Below, piece after piece: positions 16,858-24,978 of a DNA stretch of 34,406 nt. Numbering within the stretch: position 1 is the stretch's first letter; every line of letters starts with the position of its first letter. The DNA is taken from assembly GCA_025464645.1 (NCBI GenBank), contig JAODGF010000005.1:1-34406 (forward strand), in the 5' to 3' direction. The notes below the pieces were generated by a model. The model ran no database searches and was not told the DNA's origin. It was given only the letters and a program-made list of their open reading frames with translations. Source of the stretch: Methanosarcinales archaeon. Lineage in GTDB: Archaea > Halobacteriota > Syntropharchaeia > Alkanophagales > Methanospirareceae. A program made the translations under genes and the position numbers.

Positions 16858-19800
16858 ATGAATAACAAAAATGGTATAGTATTGCTTGGAATAGTTGCGT
16901 TTTTTGCATTGGTTGCAATGACGGCGACAGCTTCTGCACAGCCAGCAGAGAACGTGGTTTGGCTCGAACCCGAGAATAGTAGTGTTCCAGGATATTGCAA
17001 CACCGTAGAGGTAGAAGTATGGGCTAACATAACTGATCCAGATGGATGTGCAGGTGGCACATTAAATATCACATACGATCCGGGATGTGCTAATGTAACA
17101 GATTGGGAACTCAACACTGTTGCTTGGCCAATGGGAACCTGGAATTCAAGTATCGAAGGCAGAGAGTGGATAACTTTCGAGACCATATTTAACCGAACTG
17201 GCAATGTACTAATTGGAACGCTGGCAATTCATTGCAAAAGTACAAGTTCATGCACAACTCCTTTGATATTCGATGAGGGTAGTTCATTGCTTGCAGAACC
17301 AGATGTAGAATGGAAAAACGGCACATTCACCTGTGAGGTCCCCAAACCCGACCTGAACGTGACTAAGGTTGAGGTGAATTATGATGCACCTGGTCTTGGT
17401 GGAAGAGCAGTCGGACCTGAACCTGGTCCTGGTGTGCACACGCAGTGTAACAACCTCTCTGCGGTGATAGAAAACCGCGGAGTATGCGTTGTATCTCCGT
17501 TCGATGTTACGTTTGAAGTAGATGGAACTACGTTATGTACAGTCCGAGTTCCTGGCTTGCCAGTTGGAGCTACCAAAACAGTGTATTGCAACTGTTCATG
17601 GTACCCCATGGCGGGGGACAGCTTTGCGATAAATGTCACCGTGGATTCTAATAACGAGATTCTTGAGTCCGATGAAACGAATAACACGATGTGGAATAAT
17701 GGAACAGTCGTTTCCAATGGCTACAAAGGCGGTGGTTGGCAGGGTCCTGACAGAAACCTGACAAACGTGCAGTGCCACTCACAAGATACGATCAATCTGA
17801 CCTATTCTGTCGGTGACAGCTATTATGCGAAAGGAAACTGGAGCGGAACTACGGAGTATGTGGTCAACTGGACTGCAAGTGATTTACCTGTTCCCGAGAA
17901 TGCAACCATCGAGAAGGCATGGCTATACGTGTATTATACATGGGACAAAGAGGGGATAATGCCAGACGGGGTTAACCTGAAGTTCAATGGTAACAATATA
18001 CCATTCGCTAGAAACTACTCGGACCGCAAGGGATTCGACGGTTATAACTATCCATACGGAATGCTAGTGTACGACGTGACCATCGCATTTACTGCAACGG
18101 GCAATACAGCAGTACTGACAAAAGCTACTCCTGATACCTACATACCGGTAAAGGGAACGCTTCTTATGGTTGTCTATAAGCATCCGGACGAGCCAGAGCG
18201 GATAATCTGCATTGACGAAGGATATGACATGATAAACGCACAGGCATCTTATGGTGTTACGCCGGAAGAGGCAACTACTTACGCCACATTCGAGTGCTGT
18301 GAGCCGATACCACTGAGCGAGATAGGAAAGGCTACACTGGTAGCTGTTGCGCCTGGTGCCAGTAAGGGGGATGACAAAAACAGGCTCTCATTCAATGGCG
18401 GACTATGGAAAGGAGCATGGTCAGGCTTTGCTGGGAGCACTGAACTCGGCATCGCTGAGACAGATGTACTAAATTATCTCAAAGAGGAAAACAACGTAGC
18501 AAACTTCCAAGACCGGGGCGACTGGATGGAAGCGAGCAACGCGTTCTTGATCTTGGAGAAAGGGATCGCAGAAAAGCCAGACTTAAAGGTGACGGAAATC
18601 GAGCTAAACTGCGGTGGCTACCTATTTGGAAACGAAAGCAATGAAATATGTGCAAAGATTGAGAACAACGGCAGCGGGGATGCAGGTGCATTCAATGTGA
18701 GCTTTGTTATTGACGGTTTCACCAAAGAAGCAAGAATAAACGGGTTGCCGGCAGGTGAAAATATAACGGTGTGCATTAAAGACACAACGAGCAGAAATGC
18801 TGGCGATTCCGTGAATGTTACCGTTACCACAGATTGCAATGGTGAAGTCTCCGAGTCGGATGAGACGAACAATGAATCCGCGATGACTACAACGGTAGTG
18901 AACAACGGCTACAAGGGCAAACGATACACGGGTGGCGATGACATCACTACATGGAAGACGTTTGAACTCCACGGTAACCTGGTGTACTCGCTTGGTGATA
19001 GCTACTATCTGAGTTCATACTCCTATCCTGACTGGACAACCTACACAGTCAATTGGACTGCAAGCGACCTGCCAGTTCCTGATACTGCAACCATCAAAGA
19101 AGCAAGATTGTATGTGCCGTACACATGGGACAAAGGAGGAGTAATGCCTGATGAGGTCAGCCTGACATTCAACGGAGTTGCTCAAACACTTGCTGCACAC
19201 TATTCAGATAGGAAAGGATACGGTGGCTACGATTACCCATACGGGATGCTGGTGTACAACGTAACCGGAGATTTTGATACAAGTGGCAATACCGCAGTTC
19301 TGCTCAACTCACATCCGGGTGGTGACAATGTATCCATACGCGGAATGCTCCTGGTAGTTGTGTATGCAGATGAGTGCGAACTGCCGCAGCGGAAACTATT
19401 TGTCAATGAAGGGTTCGACATGCTCTATGGTGGCGCATCTAAGTGTACAACGCCCGAAGAAGCAACGGCGTATGCACCATTCGGTGCGATGAAGATAGAT
19501 ATATCAAAGGTGGATAGTGCCAAACTGATAACCGTTGCCCCGGGTGCGGGTCCAAATGAAGGCGACCTGCTCTTCAATGGTCGGAGATGGAATGACGTGT
19601 GGAGCTTTACTACCGCTGCACAAATAGGCATTGATGAGCGCGATGTGACTTCCTATCTGCGTCCAACAGATAATGAAGCAGGGTTCCAGAGCAGCGGCGA
19701 CTACATGGAGGCAAGCAATGCCTTTTTGGTTGTGACGGAGAAAATAACAGAAGCAGAATACCAGAATATGATAACTCAGCCGATAGATGTCAGTAAAATC

Positions 19801-20010
19801 CGCTATAAGTTTATAGCCGTGAATGAGGAATGGGCAGCCAAATGGAGCAATGTGCTATTGTATGGACAGAGGGATACGAAGTATTCGATTGAGATACACC
19901 TAAATAAGGCGGGATATGTGACGAGTGTGGCTTTCGAGCGATGGGGCTTCCCAATAGCAGAGATCCCCGTTGAGCTTGCAGCACAGTCCTTAGCTAAGTT
20001 AAATCCATAA
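16858..20010 (+). CDS. Large secreted glycoprotein: cohesin-like domain + 2 x (CARDB + DUF3344-like type B module) + unknown C-terminal domain
   Basis: 1050 aa from the ATG at 16858; the ORF also opens at GTG 16843. Signal peptide is 'IVLLGIVAFFALVAMTATASA'. CARDB hallmarks are 'ILESDETNN' and 'VSESDETNN'. Type B motifs occur twice: 'SVGDSYY', 'WLYVYYTWDK', 'YSDRKG..GY.YPYGMLVY', 'NEG.DM' and 'ASNAFL'. I count 28 N-x-S/T sequons. Confidence 0.65.
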   Translation: MNNKNGIVLLGIVAFFALVAMTATASAQPAENVVWLEPENSSVPGYCNTVEVEVWANITDPDGCAGGTLNITYDPGCANVTDWELNTVAWPMGTWNSSIEGREWITFETIFNRTGNVLIGTLAIHCKSTSSCTTPLIFDEGSSLLAEPDVEWKNGTFTCEVPKPDLNVTKVEVNYDAPGLGGRAVGPEPGPGVHTQCNNLSAVIENRGVCVVSPFDVTFEVDGTTLCTVRVPGLPVGATKTVYCNCSWYPMAGDSFAINVTVDSNNEILESDETNNTMWNNGTVVSNGYKGGGWQGPDRNLTNVQCHSQDTINLTYSVGDSYYAKGNWSGTTEYVVNWTASDLPVPENATIEKAWLYVYYTWDKEGIMPDGVNLKFNGNNIPFARNYSDRKGFDGYNYPYGMLVYDVTIAFTATGNTAVLTKATPDTYIPVKGTLLMVVYKHPDEPERIICIDEGYDMINAQASYGVTPEEATTYATFECCEPIPLSEIGKATLVAVAPGASKGDDKNRLSFNGGLWKGAWSGFAGSTELGIAETDVLNYLKEENNVANFQDRGDWMEASNAFLILEKGIAEKPDLKVTEIELNCGGYLFGNESNEICAKIENNGSGDAGAFNVSFVIDGFTKEARINGLPAGENITVCIKDTTSRNAGDSVNVTVTTDCNGEVSESDETNNESAMTTTVVNNGYKGKRYTGGDDITTWKTFELHGNLVYSLGDSYYLSSYSYPDWTTYTVNWTASDLPVPDTATIKEARLYVPYTWDKGGVMPDEVSLTFNGVAQTLAAHYSDRKGYGGYDYPYGMLVYNVTGDFDTSGNTAVLLNSHPGGDNVSIRGMLLVVVYADECELPQRKLFVNEGFDMLYGGASKCTTPEEATAYAPFGAMKIDISKVDSAKLITVAPGAGPNEGDLLFNGRRWNDVWSFTTAAQIGIDERDVTSYLRPTDNEAGFQSSGDYMEASNAFLVVTEKITEAEYQNMITQPIDVSKIRYKFIAVNEEWAAKWSNVLLYGQRDTKYSIEIHLNKAGYVTSVAFERWGFPIAEIPVELAAQSLAKLNP
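17341..18564 (+). repeat. Internal tandem duplication unit 1 (CARDB + type B module)
   Basis: aa 167-574 align along their length with aa 578-967 of the same protein. Confidence 0.7.
18574..19743 (+). repeat. Internal tandem duplication unit 2 (CARDB + type B module)
   Basis: Shares the same motif order as unit 1, for example 'VNWTASDLPVP' in both. Confidence 0.7.
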
Positions 20011-20035
20011 AACGAAGGAAAAAAGGAACAAGGAT

Positions 20036-20069
20036 AGCTCCTACCAAGGAGCTTTTTATTTTTTTATTT
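20036..20069 (+). terminator. Hairpin + T-tract terminator
   Basis: AGCTCCT-ACCA-AGGAGCT (7-bp stem) followed by TTTTATTTTTTTATTT, 26 nt after the stop at 20010. Confidence 0.55.
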
Positions 20070-20085
20070 ATTAATAACTATCGTG

Positions 20086-20093
20086 TTTATATA
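20086..20093 (+). promoter_or_regulatory. TATA box (TTTATATA)
   Basis: Consensus octamer centred ~29 nt upstream of the ATG at 20119. This is consistent with a leaderless mRNA and argues against the GTG at 20083 as start. Confidence 0.45.
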
Positions 20094-20118
20094 TGATGAG
20101 GGGGTAAAGAGCGGAAAA

Positions 20119-22395
20119 ATGAAAAAAATAAAATATTTGCTGGCAAGCATAAGCATTATTGCGATATTTTACGTCACCATACTGTGCTTGATGGCAGTTC
20201 CGGTGGCAGCTAACTACAACTTCGCGGGATGGCCCGTGGAAACGAGAACGAATGGTACCGTAAACGGCGGTGTGTTCATTGGCTGTGAACCCTGGGCTGG
20301 GACAGAAACGCTTACGGGAAATTTTGACGTGCCTAACGGAACGGTTAAATGGGCACGTTTATACACCGGTATATGGGGAGGAACGGAAGATTACGAAGGT
20401 TGGGTGAACGTAACGTTCAACGGTATTTATAATAGAAATGGGCTTGGACCAATACATTTACGGGGTGTGAATGATGAAAACCCAAATGTGTGGTGCAGCA
20501 CCTATGGAAAATACTGGCTGTGGTATAATGTAACTGATTTAGTCAATGCCGGAGCAATGAATACTGCAACTACCTCAAAGATTAATACAACTGCTGGCGG
20601 TTTTGACGGCAGGGTGTATGGCATTGTTCTGGTTGTGGTTTACGAAGGAGGAGATAACCCAAAGAACGTTCAATACTGGATAAACGATGGAAGTGATGCG
20701 CTTCACTGTGCTACCTGGCCTCCTATTGCACATGACTCAGGGGCAACATACTTCAACGGCACGGTGAACACGGGTATGGTAAGCAATGCAAATCTCACGG
20801 TGGTGCACCTGACAGCTTATGAGCCGGGTTGTGATAGTTGCTTGAAGTTTAATGGTCACCACCTGGACACAAGCATGGTGGACAGCAACACGTTTGAGCT
20901 GAACTCGTGGAATGTGACAAGTTACATAGCATCCTCAGGAAACAATGCCTGGTTCAGTCGAGGCGAAGACTGCTATGTTGGTATTACCAATGCGATATTA
21001 GTATTGGAAAGAGAAGCGGTGGAGCAGCCAGACCTTATGATTACTGCGATTAAACCTTATCATTACGAGTGGTCGGCATACTATGACATACCCAAAGGTG
21101 ACCCGTGGTACAATCTTACGAATTATGTGAATGTTACGGTGAAGAATAATGGGACGGTGGCTGCGGGAAGTTTTGTGGTGAAACTATATGCTGATGAGAA
21201 ACTAATAGGGAATGCAACAGTTGCGGGATTAGCAGCAAATACTACCACGGATGTGAAAATCGAATGGAAGCCTGAAGGTGAAGATGTATTAGGCTGGGTG
21301 GACACCGCAGAAGGCGCTAAAATTGCGCACAACGATACCAGTAAGAATTATATGTTAAGGGCAGTGGTTGACGAAGACAATAAGGTTTCGGAAAGCAACG
21401 AGGAGAACAATAACCTCACAAAAGAGCAGAAAGTGGTTTGGAACGGCTTTGCAAGCGACGAGCCTCTGGAAAATTACGCTCACGGGAAGGTAAAAGGCGG
21501 AATAATCTACACGACTGGGGATGGTCAATACCGCGGTGTTGATTGTGATGGCACTAAATATGGCACTTGTAATAACGTGAGTTACGATTTAGAGATTCCA
21601 GGTAGCGTAAAGCTGGCAAGACTGTATATCTATTATACGTGGGCGCAGCCACCTTATAAAGCACCAAAGATAGGCGTTACGCTGAACACGCCTTCTGATG
21701 CTGTTCAAGAGTTGAACATGGAAAGGAGCTATAACGACATAAAGGGCGATTTCAGCTCGCATAGATTCGTATGGGGTACATACGCATACAATATAACCGA
21801 TTATGTAAATGAAAGTGGAAGGTATGTAGTGAACATAACAAACCTGAATAATGGAAGCGATCCTGAGTTCGCAACGAAGTATGCACTTGCAGCACCAGCT
21901 ATTCTTGTTGTTTATGAGAATGCAAGTGGTGCACCGGAAAGAGAGTACTGGATAAATGAAGGTGCTGACATCCTATTAGGAGGGAGAAGGTGCAAAGGAG
22001 GTTTTCTTTCCTTAGAAGAATGCCTTAATCACGCTACTTTTTCCGGTAGCATAAATCTGAGCGAAGTAGAGAAGGCTACACTTGGCGTTGCTTCTCCATG
22101 GGCGGGGTTTAGCTGGGAGCCCGGAATGACTAACTATCTCTATTTCAATGACTTCGAGTTGGGAAGAAATGTGTACTGTGGATATGACAGTCAGTGCTGC
22201 AAAACAGTAAACGGTATGATGATGAATGTAGGAGCTAACAATGCTCAGGTAGGTGTGAACGTAACCGATGTGACGAACTATCTTAATCCAAGTGATAATG
22301 TAGTTATTCAAGGTGATGATGGCGACTGTATGATGCCGAGTAGTGCCTTTTTGGTGATAAGCAGAAAAAGTAAAGAAAGGGGTATAAGCAGATGA
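20119..22395 (+). CDS. Secreted glycoprotein: DUF3344-like type A module + CARDB + DUF3344-like type B module
   Basis: 758 aa from the ATG at 20119, with signal/TM 'YLLASISIIAIFYVTILCLMAVPVAA'. Type A motifs are 'KWARLYTGIWGGTEDYEGWV', 'NPNVWCSTYGKYW' and 'DGRVYGIVLVVVYE'. CARDB hallmark is 'VSESNEENNN'. Type B motifs are 'YTTGDGQYRG', 'ARLYIYYTW', 'EYWINEGADIL' and 'MMPSSAFLVI'. I count 23 sequons. Confidence 0.65.
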   Translation: MKKIKYLLASISIIAIFYVTILCLMAVPVAANYNFAGWPVETRTNGTVNGGVFIGCEPWAGTETLTGNFDVPNGTVKWARLYTGIWGGTEDYEGWVNVTFNGIYNRNGLGPIHLRGVNDENPNVWCSTYGKYWLWYNVTDLVNAGAMNTATTSKINTTAGGFDGRVYGIVLVVVYEGGDNPKNVQYWINDGSDALHCATWPPIAHDSGATYFNGTVNTGMVSNANLTVVHLTAYEPGCDSCLKFNGHHLDTSMVDSNTFELNSWNVTSYIASSGNNAWFSRGEDCYVGITNAILVLEREAVEQPDLMITAIKPYHYEWSAYYDIPKGDPWYNLTNYVNVTVKNNGTVAAGSFVVKLYADEKLIGNATVAGLAANTTTDVKIEWKPEGEDVLGWVDTAEGAKIAHNDTSKNYMLRAVVDEDNKVSESNEENNNLTKEQKVVWNGFASDEPLENYAHGKVKGGIIYTTGDGQYRGVDCDGTKYGTCNNVSYDLEIPGSVKLARLYIYYTWAQPPYKAPKIGVTLNTPSDAVQELNMERSYNDIKGDFSSHRFVWGTYAYNITDYVNESGRYVVNITNLNNGSDPEFATKYALAAPAILVVYENASGAPEREYWINEGADILLGGRRCKGGFLSLEECLNHATFSGSINLSEVEKATLGVASPWAGFSWEPGMTNYLYFNDFELGRNVYCGYDSQCCKTVNGMMMNVGANNAQVGVNVTDVTNYLNPSDNVVIQGDDGDCMMPSSAFLVISRKSKERGISR

Positions 22396-24425
22396 AAAAA
22401 ACGGTAACGGTAGTCGCAATTGCATTCGCATTAGCATGCTTGTTTTTGCTTTTAAGCTTAAGCATGCTTGCACCTGCTTTAGCGCAGGATGATGTGCCAG
22501 ACCTTGGAATTACTGCGATTAAACCTTATCATTACGAGTGGTATGAGGATTATGACATACCTAAGGGTGAGCCGTGGTTCAACCTTAAGAACTATGTGGA
22601 AGTTACCGTAGTGAACTTCGGGAATAAGACTGCCAAGAGTTTCGTGGTGAGACTGTACGCGGATGGAGAACTAATAGGGAGCAAAACGGTTGATGAATTG
22701 CCAGCATATTCAGAAGATTATCCAGAAGCCAATACCACAGACGTGGAATTCGAGTGGGTGCCTGAAGGAGAAGACCCCTTGAGCTGGATTGATAGCGCAG
22801 AAGGAGCTAAACTCGTTTATACCGATACTAATAGGATTTACACGCTAAAAGCGGTTGTTGACGAGAATATGAATGAACTCACAAAAGACCATGAAGTAGC
22901 TTGGAACGGCTATATGGCGGATGCAGCCTTAGAGAACCTTGTACACGACACGGTAAACGGAGGGATATTATACACGACTGGAGATGGTGAATACAGGAGT
23001 TATGAGAGTGGAGATGATGGTACTAGATATAACACATACTATGACATCAATTATGATTTAGAGATTGCAGAGGGCGCAAAGCTGGCAAGATTGTATATCT
23101 ACTACACATGGTCGAAGTCAAAGGGTGTTAAAGAACCAAAAGCGCCGAAGATAGGTGTTACCCTGAAGACGCCATCAGGTATCACTCATGATCTGAGCAT
23201 GGAAAAGAGCTATAACGATATAAAAGGTAATTTACCCCCGCCTTACCACACGTATAGGTATTATGCCTGGGGGACTTATACATACGATATTACGGATTAT
23301 ATGGAAGAAAGCGGAACTTATGTGGTGAGCGTGACGAACCTGAATGATGGAAGTGACGATGACTTCGCAACTGAGTATTCGTTTGCACCTCCTGCTATTC
23401 TCCTGGTATATGAGGATACAGCAGCGCCGAAAAGAGAATATTGGATAAATGAAGGTGCAGACGTCCTAATGGGAGGGGGGGATGAAAGACCAGAGGGAGG
23501 TTTTCTTGACTTAGAAGATTGCCTTAATCATGCTGAGTTCCCAGGAGAGCATTTAGATTTGGAAGTAGAGGAAGCAGTACTTGGCGTTGTCGCTCCATGG
23601 GCAGATGATTCGGAAGACGATGTCATTTACTTTAATGGCAGAGAACTTGGAAGAGGTTTGTATAAGGGATACCATAATGAATATAGAAGCAGCGAGGATA
23701 TAAAGGGCATTTTAATGAATATTGGTACGGATAAGGCACAAATAGGGATGGCTGCGATTGATGTTAAAAGGTACCTCGAAGATTCTGACAATGAAGTAAT
23801 CCAGGGCGATGACGGGGACAACATGATGCCTGCGAATGCGTTCTTAGTGATAACATATAAAGAAGAAGAGGAAGGGGAAGGCGAAGGAGAAGGAGAAGGA
23901 GAAGTTACGCTAGCTTCTCCAAACATAACTGCCTGGAACCCCTTTGATGCGGTTGTAAACAGCACAAAGGGCGAATCAAGAACGTTCAACATCACCGTAA
24001 ACCAGACAGTAGGTATTAGCTGGCAAATAAATGGTACAGAAGTGCAAACAAATGAAAGCGTGACAGAAGCTGCCTACACGAGCACAAGCGCAGTTCTTGG
24101 AACCTGGAACGTCTCTGTAATGGCAACTAACACATCAACCGGATTATTCGATATGCACACATGGACGTGGCACGTAACACCTGCACTTACTGTAACGCCT
24201 ACACCTGCGAAAGCCATAACTACAACACCTTCACCTACTCCATCTCCAATTTTAATATCAACACCTGCCGTACCAGGTGCTACACCAACTCCCACACCAG
24301 TTCCAACACCTTCTGCCGAGGAAAAGCCAGGAGCAGAAGAAAAAACACCGGGATTTGAACTTGTAATCTCGTTATTTATATTAATTGCAGCAGCGTATCT
24401 AATAAGAAAGCATGAACGGAAATAA
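22392..24425 (+). CDS. PGF-CTERM-anchored protein: CARDB + DUF3344-like type B module + (EG)n linker + Ig/PKD-like domain + Thr/Pro linker
   Basis: 677 aa with a signal peptide. It is a paralogue of aa 316-770 of the upstream protein. The C-terminus is 'TPGFELVISLFILIAAAYLIRKHERK' (PGF tripeptide + TM + basic tail). ATGA start/stop overlap with the upstream gene. Confidence 0.7.
   Translation: MKKTVTVVAIAFALACLFLLLSLSMLAPALAQDDVPDLGITAIKPYHYEWYEDYDIPKGEPWFNLKNYVEVTVVNFGNKTAKSFVVRLYADGELIGSKTVDELPAYSEDYPEANTTDVEFEWVPEGEDPLSWIDSAEGAKLVYTDTNRIYTLKAVVDENMNELTKDHEVAWNGYMADAALENLVHDTVNGGILYTTGDGEYRSYESGDDGTRYNTYYDINYDLEIAEGAKLARLYIYYTWSKSKGVKEPKAPKIGVTLKTPSGITHDLSMEKSYNDIKGNLPPPYHTYRYYAWGTYTYDITDYMEESGTYVVSVTNLNDGSDDDFATEYSFAPPAILLVYEDTAAPKREYWINEGADVLMGGGDERPEGGFLDLEDCLNHAEFPGEHLDLEVEEAVLGVVAPWADDSEDDVIYFNGRELGRGLYKGYHNEYRSSEDIKGILMNIGTDKAQIGMAAIDVKRYLEDSDNEVIQGDDGDNMMPANAFLVITYKEEEEGEGEGEGEGEVTLASPNITAWNPFDAVVNSTKGESRTFNITVNQTVGISWQINGTEVQTNESVTEAAYTSTSAVLGTWNVSVMATNTSTGLFDMHTWTWHVTPALTVTPTPAKAITTTPSPTPSPILISTPAVPGATPTPTPVPTPSAEEKPGAEEKTPGFELVISLFILIAAAYLIRKHERK
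23862..23903 (+). repeat. GAA/GGN hexanucleotide-type microsatellite encoding EEEEGEGEGEGEGE
   Basis: gaagaagaggaaggggaaggcgaaggagaaggagaaggagaa, including three perfect GAAGGA units at 23883..23900. Confidence 0.8.
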
Positions 24426-24978
24426 AGAGAAAATACTGGCGATATTATTAACTGTCGCCGTGATACTTGTAATTTCGTCAAGCTCTGTTGTACTTACATC
24501 TATTACCACTGCTAAAGCTTCTGATACCACTGTAACGCGCATCCTATCCACGGCAAATCCCCGTCCTGGTTCAACATTCGATGTCACGTTGGACATAGAG
24601 GGGCTGCAAATCGGTGGCATCGTAGAGATGATCCCCGACGGTTTTGCATTCCTCCGCACTACACATCCTTCAAATCAAACTTATGTATCAGGGCAGAAGG
24701 TTGTCTTCGTTGTGGTCAATGAAACTTCGATAAAATATGAAGTGCGAGCACCCTCGGAAGGGAGTGGTACTTTCAGTGGAACGTGGTATGATGCCCTTAA
24801 CGAAAAGGAGGGGGATAGTGGTAGTACGAGCGTCTCTGTGAGTATGGCGGGAACACCCTCACCATCTCCCGCAGTACCAGGATTTGAAGTGGTATTTACG
24901 CTTACTGGATTGTTTGTAGTGGCGGTTCTGTTTTTATTTATTAGTAGAAGAGAAAGAGGAGGTGAAAGAGGTGAATAA
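24412..24978 (+). CDS. Small PGF-CTERM-anchored beta-sandwich-like surface protein
   Basis: 188 aa with an N-terminal signal/TM, one ~120-aa domain, a 'GTPSPSPA' linker, then 'VPGFEVVFTLTGLFVVAVLFLFISRRER'. It overlaps the upstream gene by 14 nt. Confidence 0.6.
   Translation: MNGNKEKILAILLTVAVILVISSSSVVLTSITTAKASDTTVTRILSTANPRPGSTFDVTLDIEGLQIGGIVEMIPDGFAFLRTTHPSNQTYVSGQKVVFVVVNETSIKYEVRAPSEGSGTFSGTWYDALNEKEGDSGSTSVSVSMAGTPSPSPAVPGFEVVFTLTGLFVVAVLFLFISRRERGGERGE

Noticed and set aside
16611-17204. 197-aa minus-strand ORF spanning the spacer and the 5' end of the giant glycoprotein gene
   Set aside because: The translation is low-complexity and has no recognisable motifs. It is antisense to a strongly supported CDS and runs across the promoter region, so it is most likely a shadow ORF.
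20093-20099. Perfect box C sequence (AUGAUGA), suggesting a C/D box sRNA
   Set aside because: No CUGA box D or D' lies within the next ~70 nt. The sequence overlaps a promoter and 5' gene end.
20083-20118. GTG start 12 codons upstream of the ATG at 20119
   Set aside because: The GTG lies 3 nt upstream of the TTTATATA box (20086..20093), which falls within the first codons of the extension. The ATG at 20119 gives a normal 'MKKIKYLL...' signal peptide.
24161-24358. 65-aa plus-strand ORF in an alternative frame
   Set aside because: It lies entirely within the Thr/Pro-linker coding region of 22392..24425. The repetitive ACN/CCN codons keep off-frames open.
16858-24425. Possibility that the large secreted proteins are multihaem cytochromes or S-layer cytochrome fusions, as in some ANME/Methanoperedens loci
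   Set aside because: I found no CxxCH haem-binding motifs in any of the five large proteins.
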